A DNA stretch of 64,000 nucleotides from Pocillopora damicornis (Eukaryota). The notes beneath the pieces were generated by a model. The model worked only from the letters and a program-made list of their open reading frames with translations, made no database searches and was not told the DNA's origin. The stretch covers positions 372,001-436,000 of the forward strand of contig NW_020844538.1 in NCBI RefSeq assembly GCF_003704095.1, read 5' to 3'. Positions 25,474 through 37,095 of the stretch are shown one piece after another. Position 1 is the stretch's first letter. The number at the start of each line of letters is the position of its first letter. Both the position numbers and the translations under genes were made by a program.

Positions 25474-27715
25474 AAGAATTTGCCAGTTGCACTCGAGCAA
25501 CGTATTTATAACACCTTGGAAAATAAGGCACTAGATATAGAGGTGCAATAAATCACTTAAACTCATAAAGGTTATTTCTTCTTTTTTAATCAACCCACAA
25601 ATCTTTCCTTAGGGAAACCCCTTTTGGGCTGAAATTCCAGCCATAAACACAACTGTGCTTTGAGCAATCCATCTCCGACAAGGCCAGCTACTGAATGCCA
25701 GACTAGATATTCATTCCCTCCCATTTAAAAAACGCGCTCGAAAAGTAAGATACGCACATTTTTTGGTAAAGAACCAAAACCATCTTATCAACTAACTAAC
25801 TTACCATCTTACTAACTTACCATCCCTCTTATTCTATTGTTTGGTATGTCTGCATCTTTTCTATCAAGTCATATCACTTAGATATATTTGTTTTGCTATA
25901 ACTACATTAACCAATTTTTTTCATTTTTTTCTGGGCCTTGACACCCTTAGTTGGAAAATTTTTGACAAGGCTCTCGAAAGTGGGCATCATGTCGATCGAG
26001 CAAAAGATATATTTAATGTCATAAACCAAAAGAGATGGTCGATCAGTTCATTGAATAATTTACTTTAGTATATACTAAAACAGTAGATAGCGTCAAACGC
26101 GCGCTCTGATTGGCTTCTCAAACCCAAAATATCCTTTATCATTTAATTTCATTTCCGGATGTTGCATTTCTAGTGATCTGATTGGGTCACTCAACTCTGG
26201 TTATCAGCTCATATTCGAGTCACCTCTTATCGAAATGCATTGGGGCATGTCGGAAGCTAAAAACTTTAGTGAAAGTATTCAAACGTTCAGGAATTAATGA
26301 AACTTGATAAAATGAGTTTTCCATTCGCACTTGTTGGATGCAAGATTGGCTATAGCCAACTCGGCACTACGCGCCTCGTTTGCTATTCACCGTCTCATAT
26401 CCAACTCGCGCTCGTAGAATAATTGTTAGTTATTTTTTCTAAGAGGGCACAGTAACGAATCTTGCAATCTCATTGGTTCTTAGCTCGACCCGTATTTTCC
26501 TACGCTTGTGTTAGTCACCGAGAACATCTCTAGCTTCCTTGCCACCCTTCACAAAAAGTATCTCAGAAATAAAAGACTGAATTCTAAAGATTAAAAAGAC
26601 CAAATTACCCTGAGGTCCAGTTAAAGTGTCTCATTTGACTCAAGTTATTTGGTAGAAAACTTACAGTTACATTCCTTACATTTACAGTCTTAATTCCTTA
26701 TTTTCAGCTACGTTCCTTCGCTTTCAGTGAAAATTATCTTTTTTAAACAAGGTTATAAAATGGTTCAGTGACAAGGAGTCAAAACTCCTGCAGCAAACCT
26801 CGGTATAGTTGAAAATTAATACAAATACCAGGAAAGCAAAAACGGTCGAACTCTATGACATTAGGTCTAAAGAAAATATTGGGACTATCATTTTCTCTTG
26901 ATTAGGCGATAGCTATCATTTTTTGTGTAAGGTACAGAAGCTTGAAACGAACTGCGCGCACAGCGAACCATTTTCAGAGATAGCAGAAAGAGACAAAGGA
27001 TTCCTAGCTGTTTCATTAAGCATATTTAATGAAGAAGTTGATTGTCTGTAATGATACCAAGCAAAGATGGACTGTCACAGAAATGATATTGAATACTTAG
27101 GGAAAAAAATGAAAAGTATCAAAGAAAGAAAAGAAAAAGGAAAAATTTATTTACCAAAAACAGCGCTTCAGCCGTTATATCAAGGACTTTCAAGTCTTGA
27201 AATCATTTCAGTGCTCTCTAAGTTAAAAGCAATGGATTACTTCATAGGCGTTACGAAATACTTGAAGCGTTACTTAGTATGTTTAAGATACCAGAAAAGA
27301 AGATCAGATTATATCAGCTTTTGTTTTACGAATAAGGTAGGGGAAGGGTAGAAAATTGTCAGTCAAGGGTACTCTTTTTGTTGATAGCCGAAAGATTTGA
27401 AGAGGACCTATTTTAAGTAAGTATATTCAAATAAGAAGTTAATTACCTCGACAGCAGAAAGGTAAGACAGAGCTAGAGCTGATGAAAGCCCAAGGCCGGT
27501 GTTAAAACGTAAATGAACAATTTAAAAGAAAGAGCGCTTTCAAAGAAGAAAGCATTTAAAAATTTTTCAAACTAAAACCTCAGAACTACTTGACCTGTCT
27601 CCTTTTTTACAGATTATGGCAGAGTTTAAAAAATTGCTCCATTTTCGGTATTTAGTAAAGGCTAGGCTAGTCAGCATTTTCAAGGTTAATTCTTAAGACT
27701 TCGGTCACGAACTTA

Positions 27716-28100
27716 AGCCGTTCATGCAGTGACAACTCTGATTTTTCAGAAAAATCAGAGGTCATGTGCCAGTTTTTCGATAAACGTGGCTATCCTGTTT
27801 CTGTCGTTCAAGCGGACCACCACCGTGCCCAACAAATCGATCAATAAGGAAAACACCGATCACATTCCATTCACTCTCACTAATTTATTCTTGTTTTCTC
27901 GTAACCATAATCCCACCACCAGCGCAGCTCTAGACACACACAATTTTACAGTAGCTCTGATGAAGGGCTAACCGGCGCTCAAAATGTCAGCTTTGAAACT
28001 TTTCAAGGTGGCCAATTTACGTTATCGACTCAGTTGATAATACTAAATTACCCTGTTATACTCTCCCACTGACGCAGAACCAGTTTCTTAAGAAACTTAC
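27716..28100 (+). mobile_element. Degenerate Penelope-like retroelement remnant (post-RT segment plus 3' terminal repeat)
   Basis: Translates as ...SCSDNSDFSEKSEVMCQFFDKRGYPVSVVQADHHRAQQIDQ, resembling the PLE region downstream of RT, followed by the ctctgatgaagggctaac terminal motif. Confidence 0.6.
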
Positions 28101-30435
28101 CCCCTTTTTTCAGATAAAGACTTATCAATTGATGAGGTTTCGAAAGACTTATCAATAGATGAGGTGTCGTAGACTCTTCTTTTAAACGAGACACGAATGA
28201 TCTCATGTTGCTCTTTATCGATTAACTAGCATGATTACACTTCTAACCTTAGACTATCTCCTACCCACGACATCTTTTCTATTCGACTGCTCACCTAGGG
28301 TGGGAGTGTCAATACTGTGCAATCCCTTTCATTCCTTCCCTTCAAAAAATACAAAGTTTTCAATCCAAGTCAGATTTGAAGTGGTAAGACACGTGATAAA
28401 GAGACAGGAGACTGGGAAGTACTATAACAATTCTTCAAACGAGGAAGATGTGGGTGGGCTACACGTGAGGAGTTTCTATGGGTCCACTAGTCAGTTCACA
28501 CGAGAAAAGTACAATAAAGTCAAGTGATTCACATCGCCTGACAATAATTTTTTTTCAGTTCTCTTAATATAGCACACCATTCCCGCACTTCGCTTAGATT
28601 ACAGGTTATATAAATATGATTATAAAAATCCATCCGGAGCTCGCAGAGCGTAGCGCCATAATTNNNNNNNNNNNNNNNNNNNNNNNNNNNNNNNNNNNNN
28701 NNNNNNNNNNNNNNNNNNNNNNNNNNNNNNNNNNNNNNNNNNNNNNNNNNNNNNNNNNNNNNNNNNNNNNNNNNNNNNNNNNNNNNNNNNNNNNNNNNNN
28801 NNNNNNNNNNNNNNNNNNNNNNNNNNNNNNNNNNNNNNNNNNNNNNNNNNNNNNNNNNNNNNNNNNNNNNNNNNNNNNNNNNNNNNNNNNNNNNNNNNNN
28901 NNNNNNNNNNNNNNNNNNNNNNNNNNNNNNNNNNNNNNNNNNNNNNNNNNNNNNNNNNNNNNNNNNNNNNNNNNNNNNNNNNNNNNNNNNNNNNNNNAAA
29001 TTACCTGCTTTCATTTATAACTTTGATAAACCCATAGAAAATTGATACATTTTGAGTTATCTTAAAAAGGCATTAGCCCGCGCTCTTTCGATTAGTTTAC
29101 CGGCGTAATGACACATTTGGAATGCTGGGAGAACACGAGAAAAGTTCGTAAATTGCTTGCCGGAGGCGAGTGATTTTAAAACACTTCGAGTGTTCTCCCA
29201 ACATCCTGTATGGGTTATTACCCAGGTAAACTGATGGAAAGAGCGGTCTATTGCTTTAATAGTCTTCGAAAGTTGTTTTTAGTAGTTTTTCGAGAAAAAA
29301 AGGCAATCAACAGGTTTACAAAAGAACTGTCGCCAGTCAGCTGATAGATGATACCCCTAAAACATTTACGAAGAAGTTGCTCAGAAACCATTTCAACAAA
29401 TTGCTTGATGAAGACGGCTATTAAATTGGCTTGGTTAACTTTAAATAATCAGATGAAATCTTTCTTTGATTCATGTGTGATCTCAGTATTAACTGATTAC
29501 CAAATACAGTACAAAACGAAAAAGAGTTTCTAAAAATGTGGGTTTTCACTCAAAATTTACATTTGAAACTATTAACGTTTCAGATTACGTCAAAGTGCAA
29601 AGGTCACCTTGCCACTCTAAAACTTACCAAAACGCAAAAAGCTGACTTTTCAATCGTTACAAAGAAACAGGTAATTGTCCAGAATAAGCCAATAACCTTT
29701 CTTCACGGTAAACTGAGGAATACAGTTATTGACCCAAGGACATTATTTCATTTTACTACTTGACAAAGCAAACATCATCCATCAGGCACGATCCGTCTCC
29801 AAAACTCGACAAGCTTTTGGTAAGAGATTTGAAGAACGTTAATGTTGTTTTAACGTTGGACACATTCACCTCATTTCTTTTTACCTGTGTTTAAGATAAA
29901 ATCATAACTGGTTAAAAATGATGTGAAAAATATGAAACATATCTAAGATGTAACTGGTCAGTGTTTCCTAACGAATCGAATGTGAGATGTGTAGTAATAT
30001 CTGCAGAAGAAATTCAAGTTTTAAACTTTGATTTTTAAAAAACAGAAAGAGCTTAAAAACGGAAAAACTTCGGGAATGTTTAACGAATATACTCTAAAAT
30101 CAGTTAATTAACTAGTTACCATTGTCATCTGTTGAGACCGTGGAGACCTGTGGTTTTTTTCTGTTTGTTTGTTTATCGGTTGGTTTGGAAGTTTTAGACA
30201 TCACTTGCCAGAGATTAACTTGTTAATTTTTGGTATTTCTCCAGCAGGGATACATGATAAAAAATTTCCAACATTAATACTAGTACGGAGTCATTTCTCG
30301 AGTCATTCAAATTGAAAACTACCAGAATAAGAATTTCACGTTAGTGATTTGATTATCTAAAACAGATCTTCAATATAAGATATCTCCTTTTCATCTTTTC
30401 TTTACTTTTTTTTCCTGCAGGATTTCCTTTAGAGA

Positions 30436-31861
30436 ATGTGGCTTTGTTATCTCTTGCTTGCCATTGTAGCAGTCGATGGAGGTAAAGAAGATTCCTTTTT
30501 GATTAATGAAGTTTAAATTTGGCTATTTTCTTTTATGTAACTAATCGATTTTTAACTATACCGCATGTCAATTACAACGCGGTCGAAAGGGGCGTCTCAG
30601 AGGACAATAATATGTTGACGATAATATGTCAGTCCGCTGCAAGGGGGGTAGTTTTATTTATCGGAAACAAAATAAAGCAGGAAATCTATAGGAGAGGTTA
30701 CTAAAACAAAATCTAAATAAGGCTACAGTTTTAGAAAACCAATAGATCCGGAAATATTTTGAGGCCGTTGCTCGAGATAAAAATATATTTTCCAGTCTTA
30801 TCAATAAGCCTTCCTGATTTTCTTGTCGCAGATGTATTCCAGAATTCTCAAAATTTTAAGCTTTCTGGTACTGGAACGGCGGAGAAAAATGGCAAAATCA
30901 ATTTAAACCTTCAAATTCAGATCGCAGGAACTGGGGAGAGTCCGATAGGAGGTCTAACGGGGGCGAGTCCGACAACAAGTCCAACGGGGGCGAGTCCGAC
31001 AACAAGTCCAACGGGAGCCTCGGGAGTTCCGGGAGCAGCTCCAATTACTGGGGCACCAACAGCAGGAACAGGGGGAAGTATGCTACATCAATGCTTAGTT
31101 CTGACCTTCAAGTCTTCTTTCATTTCATTTCTTAATAATAGAACTACTTGGAGCAGGGGGAAGTATGTTACATCAATGCTTAGTTTCGACGTTGAAATCG
31201 TCTTTCATTTCATTGCCGTATAGCAGAAATGCCAGGCGTAGGGGGAGGCATGCTACATCAATGCTTAGTTTCGACCTTAAAATCTTCTTTCATTTCATTT
31301 CTGTATAGCAGAAATATCGGGAGTAGGGAAGGTATGCTACATCAGTGCTAAGTTCTGACATTAAAACCCTCTTTCATTTCTCTTCTGTAGAATAGAACTC
31401 CCGGGAGCAGGGGGAAGTATGCTACATGAATGCTCACTTGGACCTTAAAACCTTCTTTCATTTTCTTTCTGTAGTAAATGAAAACTGAACATACTTCATT
31501 TACTTAACATGATCTAACAAGGCGAAATTTTGTATGAGATAACATCTCACAACATAGCACGACAAACATACTATACGATATTTTATCCTAGATGTGACTT
31601 GTCAAATCAGTTTCAGGCTACATCGCAATCTCAGCCTCAGACTGCACAACTGGGAGAGCTGAGTCCTTCTCTTGAATAGCAGAATTAGAAATTGTTTCTA
31701 TCAGTTGTCCTCATGTTAACATTTGTTGCTCAGGGGCAAGTTTACGCGAGCTTGAGAATAAAACCATACGACCTAGTTTAAAATGTTCTACTTATAAAAA
31801 GGGCGACAAATGCTTTTGCATGGCCCTGCACTGGGTATAGCATCGATTCTTTCTTAACAAA

Positions 31862-31908
<47 letters not shown>

Positions 31909-34228
31909 AGCTGAAACGTCTGCCCAATGCCAACCCCCGCTGCTAGTTTTGTTCAGTTATATTTATAAATCTTAACTCTCCTTTTGAAGAAGACCCTTCA
32001 AGGTGTCCTTTGATAATGATTCCAAAGGTATAAGCCTTTAAAAACAAATGACTATTTGCCCTCACTTAGCCTATTTTCTTTCAGTGTTTACTGAGGAAGA
32101 ACAAATGGGTTTAGCAAAGCACAATGAATTCCGACAAGTACATGAAGCTCCTGCTATGACACTGGACAGAGATATGTGTGATCAGGCGAAACAGTACGCT
32201 CAGAAGCTTGTAGATATGGGTGCTCTACAGCATTCGTCGAGAGGAGAGAGAGAAGGGCAGGGAGAGAATCTTTCCATGGGATGTTCATCAAATGCTCCAC
32301 AAACCGTAGAGGAAGCCGTGACAAATTGGTGAGGTTAAATTTCGCTTTCTTGTAGCGCAGAAATTCGATTGGGTGTAGTATTCAACTTTGGCCTTTGAGA
32401 ATAGGCTCACGAGGCTACCCAACACAATGATGTCATTTCTTTTACAGTTGTATACTTAGTTGCTAAGCTTTTGATTTGCAGTGAGGCTGAAAGTGACCTT
32501 GTTGTGATAGAGAGCAGTATCTAGTCAGATTGATAACAAAGTAATTTACTTTCGAAAAGCAGCAAGGTTTGTATCATAACCAGGTTACCCTTAGCCTCAC
32601 TCCTCTTCGAAGGCTCGGCAACCAAACACGCAACTGTGAAAGGGACTATTTACTCCCAAACCTCGCTTTCACTACATTCTTCCCGAGTCTTTGCTAAGTT
32701 CTTATCGTTCGCTTGTGGGTGTTCCTTTGATTTTTGGCCCTACTCCCCATAAATAGAGAAAGTAACGATGATGGTAATCAGTTATTTTTTATTTCAGTGT
32801 TTTGGGAATATTTTTATTTTTGAATTACATTTCACCAGTTCGCGCCTTGAGAGTGAGGCGTAGAGGGTGGAATTGGATATTGCACCGTAAAAATGCATTA
32901 GGCCTACTTCCACTAATCTAGTTAAAATTCTTTTCTTAGAAATAAGGTGTAGTAACCCTGACTATTTCTGAATGATCTGATTCGAAATACTAAGGAGCAA
33001 CCACCCTTCCAGACAAGACATCTGAAACAGATATCGAATATATTTGGCACTCTGCAATAGCGGCCCGCACACAACCCAAGCGGTCCATACCACTGACGTT
33101 CAATCCAGTCTTTTTATGTAGCCCTCATTGGTGCCACTTCATGTTGCGGTTAATAACCTAATACCTTGTTATATGCTTACGGGAATCGATCGTGACATCT
33201 TCATTGGTTAGAAAAGCATCGCCGAAACCAAAACCTTTCTGGTACACTTCCTTTTCTTGAGTAACCAGGACAGAATTTCCCATAACAGATTTAAGCAGAA
33301 AACTCATGAGAGTAAATTAGTAGGGGATTATTAAGTGATCCAACACCAAATTCCCACAACAAACAGGAGAATAGTCGAGCCAAAAGTCGACCCAAAACAT
33401 CAATGGTGATGCCAAACTCGCCAGATGAGCTGCCTTAGCACGAATTTAGTGCCCGAATAAAGCACGGAATCTATTGAAATCTTCAGTCGGTACAGGTTCC
33501 ATGAAAAAACCGGTCACGAAAATGATACGAGTTAACAAACGGCGTAAAGAGGGTGGTGAAATATATGTGAAACCCATGTCTACAAAACTATTATAGATAT
33601 TAGAAAACTTGACGCAGAGGTGGAATTACTTGAATTAAAACTGTGAGGGCAATTTTACGAAACCGGAACACCTAAGGTTGCTAATGATGAACGATACTCT
33701 CCGCCGTGTGTTTTGTGATGTATGAAGCCAAAGCAGTCAATTAATGTTATGACAGCTGATTTTTCTTTTGCTCTATTTTTGTGTTCTCTCTCTTTAGTCT
33801 CATTGTTTTCCAGGTACAACGAGGTCTGTGATCCGGGATATAATTTTGGCGGCGCTTCCTTCTCTGGTGGAACAGGCCATTTTACACAGGTAGTTTGGAA
33901 AGGCAGTACAGTTCTTGGAATCGGACGGGCAGAGGGTACAATGCGAGGAATGAAATGTGCATATATTGTGGGCAGATATAAACCAGCTGGAAACATGATG
34001 GGGGACTTTGCCCAAAATGTGGTGAAAGGTTCCTTTGATAAAGGCAGCTACTGTGCATCAATTCCAAGAAAAAATCGATGGTTCTTTGACAAGAATGGGA
34101 AAGCAGTGAAGGTGAATGGAACCAAAGTTCCGACTTTGAAAACGGGAACACCTGAGAGTCGTGCCCAGCCGGTTGAGTTATTGAATAGCAAGAAGAAAAC
34201 AACTGTTTCGCACAAGCACAATAAATGA
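30436..34228 (+). CDS. Secreted CAP gene 7 with Gly/Thr/Pro stalk; exons 30436-30481, 30832-31077, 32085-32328, 33814-34228 (possible micro-exons at 31142-31416)
   Basis: Signal MWLCYLLLAIVAVDG; hairpin FKLSGTGTAEKNGKINLNLQIQI. Motifs [44 protein letters not shown]. Tail ...LLNSKKKTTVSHKHNK. Confidence 0.92.
31057..31475 (+). repeat. 85-bp tandem repeat (about 5 units) spanning the exon 2/intron 2 junction of gene 7
   Basis: Donor-like ggggga(a/g)|gtatgctacatcaatgcttag recurs at 31077, 31162, 31247, 31331 and 31416. Confidence 0.85.
31864..31903. repeat. (CT)n microsatellite
   Basis: Direct reading of the tc dinucleotide run. Confidence 0.95.
32438..32650. mobile_element. MITE-like insertion in gene 7 intron 3, absent from paralogous introns
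   Basis: Imperfect inverted ends tttacagttgtatacttagttgctaagc ... ggctcggcaaccaaacacgcaactgtgaaa. The corresponding intron copies near 45830-45850 and 45100-45120(-) lack it. Confidence 0.65.
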
Positions 34229-34702
34229 GTCTCTCTCTGTGAAAAAAAAATTCCAAAATAAAAAAAATATATATCTAAATTGATATTTAGTAATTGCCAT
34301 GATTATTAAACAGTTAATTAAAAGATAGGACCACCAAACACCGCTGTCTCACTCTGTTCATTTCAGTTGCTTAATGTCATCTTTTAAAAACTCCAACATT
34401 CAGAAATGTGGCCGAGTTTATCTTTTAAAAACCTGGAAATATAAGCAAACTGTTGGTGGGAAGGTTTCAAGTCTACATTTTTACCAAGATGTGGGTTTTT
34501 CGCACCGCACTGGAAACGTTATCAAACTTCATTTCCGGATGTTCTGATTGGTTCATTCAACTCTGGTTATCAGTTCATATTCGAGTCACCTCTTATGGGA
34601 ATGAACAAAGGGGGTAGCTGCGTCCGTGGGAGAGTATAGCAGGTAATTTAGTGTTAACAACTGAGTTGAAAACGTAAATTGGCCACTGTAAAGGGTAAAA
34701 AA

Positions 34703-34736
34703 GCTGACGTTTCGAGCGTTAGCCCTTCGTCAGAGC
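34703..34736 (-). ncRNA. Minimal type-I hammerhead ribozyme motif in a Penelope-like terminal repeat
   Basis: Minus strand GCT-CTGACGA-A-GGGC-TAAC-GCTC-GAAA-C-GTC-AGC: intact CUGANGA/GAAA core, stem II GGGC/GCUC, GUC cleavage triplet, short stem I GCU/AGC. Confidence 0.6.
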
Positions 34737-36939
34737 GATTGGGACTTTTGTGAACATATTCAAATGTTCAGGTATTAATGAAATTTGATAAAACGATGTC
34801 TTCATTCGCGCTTGTTGGATACAAGATTGCATATAGTCAACGTGGCGCTACGCGCCTCGTTTGCTATCCAACGTCTCATATCCAACTCGCGCTCATAGAA
34901 TAGAATAATTGTTCGTTATTTTTTTTCTCAGAGGTGTATTTATATTATATAAAAAGTACCTAGAAAGTTAAAACGTGAGGTATTTGGTTACAATTGAATT
35001 AGTCGATGGAACTTTCATTCGTTAAATATCTGAATTCTCTCCAACAATTTGCTCGTAGTGAAAGGGCGAGAGAAGTTTATAGTTCTAGTGCAGATACATT
35101 TTCTATAAGTCTTTCCAAGTCCGTTCAATTTGGACATTTGTTCTGTAAATTGCACAAAAAAAAAGGAATTCAATGAGAAAAAGCCCCATTAAATCCCCTT
35201 GTGTCTCATTGAAGTGTCTCATTCGAATTAAATTTTAGTGAAAGACCAGATTGCAGTAAACAAACGAGCGAACTCTCACAACTTCAGAGTAAAAAAATTT
35301 GAATTTACTTTCAATTACTTTCCTTCCCATTTACTTACTGAACGGAGGTAATAAATCCTCGTACATTAATTAATCATCGATGAGAGTAATACTTTCCATA
35401 AGATCATTAACTGGTTTTGAAGAAAACATTGTCGGGACAGTCCTTGCCAAACTAATTCTGTTGTTTTTTCAAAAGTGTACATGCGCTTTTTTTCCTTAGA
35501 AGCTTTCTGATTGACAGGTGTCAGATTGTGACATATTGTCTCAAAGTTGGCTTGAAAGCCTTTTAAATCACCTTTATCATTACGCAAATGAAAATCTCTC
35601 GGTGGAGCTTCACTTCAATTTGCATTACCTCTATTTAATTACCGTTTACTCGCTCAAAAATTGTTCGGTTTACGGAAGATCTTGCCGTTATCACAGCCCT
35701 TAATCAGTCGAGTTCTTTTAAAGAGAATTTCGTTTTGTTTAAGGAAAAAAATAAAAATGTTATTCACCAGTCTAGGTCGGTCCGTATTGGGAAAATTGGG
35801 TCTTGAGTACCACCCGAGTACCACCTCGAGAACTGGTGAATAACATATGTTTCTTTTTTTTTCTTAGAGGGCACGGTAACGAATCTTGCAGTCTCTTTGG
35901 TTCTTAGCGCNNNNNNNNNNNNNNNNNNNNNNNNNNNNNNNNNNNNNNNNNNNNNNNNNNNNNNNNNNNNNNNNNNNNNNNNNNNNNNNNNNNNNNNNNN
36001 NNNNNNNNNNATAAACGGCTTAAGTTCGTGACCGAAGTCTTGAAAATTAACCTTGAAAATGCTGAGTAGCTTAGTCTTTACTATATACCGAAAATGGAGC
36101 AATTTTTTAAACTCAGCCATAATCTGTGAAAAAGGAGACAGGTCAAGTAGTTCGAAGGTTCTATTTTGAAAAATTTTTGAATGCTTTCTTCTTTGAAAGC
36201 GCTCTTTCTTTTAAATTGTTCCTTTACGTTTCAACACCAGTCTCAGGAGTTCATCAGCTCTAGCTTTGTTTTACCTTTCTGCTGTCGAGGTAATTAACTT
36301 CTTATTTGAATATACTTACTTAAAATAAGTCCACTCTAAATCTTTCGGCTATCATTAAAAAGAGTACCCTTGAATGACAATTTTCCACCCTCCCCTACCT
36401 TATTCGTAAAACAAAAGCTTATATGATCTCAAAATTAAATATTTTCGATCATTCTTCTTTTCTGGTATCTTAAACACACTAAGTAACGCTTCAAGTATTT
36501 CGTAACGCCTATGAGCTAGTCCACTGCTTTTAACTTAGAGAGTACTGAAATGATTTCAAGACTTGAAAGTCTTTGATATAACGGCTGAAGCGCTGTTTTT
36601 GGTCAATAAATTTTTCTTTTTTCTTTTCTCTCTTTTATATTTTTCATTTTTTCCCCTAAGTATTCAATATCATTTCGTGACAGTCCATCTTTGCTTGGCA
36701 TCATTACAGACAATCAACTTCTTCGTTAAATATTCTTACTGAAACAGCTAGAAATCCTTTGTCTCTTTCTGCTATCTCTGAAAATGGTTCGCTGTGCGCG
36801 CAGTTCGTTTCAACCTTCCATACCTTACACAAAAAATGATAGCTATCGCCTAATCAAGAGAAAATGATAGTCCCAATATTTTCTTTAGACCTAATGTCAT
36901 ATGGTTCGACCGTTCTTGCATTCCTGGTATTTGTATTAA

Positions 36940-37095
36940 TTTTTGATCCAGTGTTTGGCGGCTTTCCGAATTGCCTTGATTTAGAGAAAGGCCGGAAACT
37001 GCTAAATGCTGCTTAGAATTATTAGGGAGATTAAAGTGTCTAGCGACTGGTTTGGATGCGTCCTTGTCATTTCTCTCCAAGACGCGAAGGTGTTC
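36940..37095 (-). mobile_element. Penelope-like GIY-YIG endonuclease C-terminal remnant (further copies at 37660-37765 + and 42850-43015 -)
   Basis: EHLRVLERNDKDASKPVARHFNLPNNSKQHLAVSGLSL..., matching the EH...HF pattern of PLE GIY-YIG domains; the other copies carry stops and deletions. Confidence 0.65.

Noticed and set aside
31057-31475. CRISPR-like array
   Set aside because: Eukaryotic intron context; whole units are homologous with no unique spacers, and there are no cas genes.
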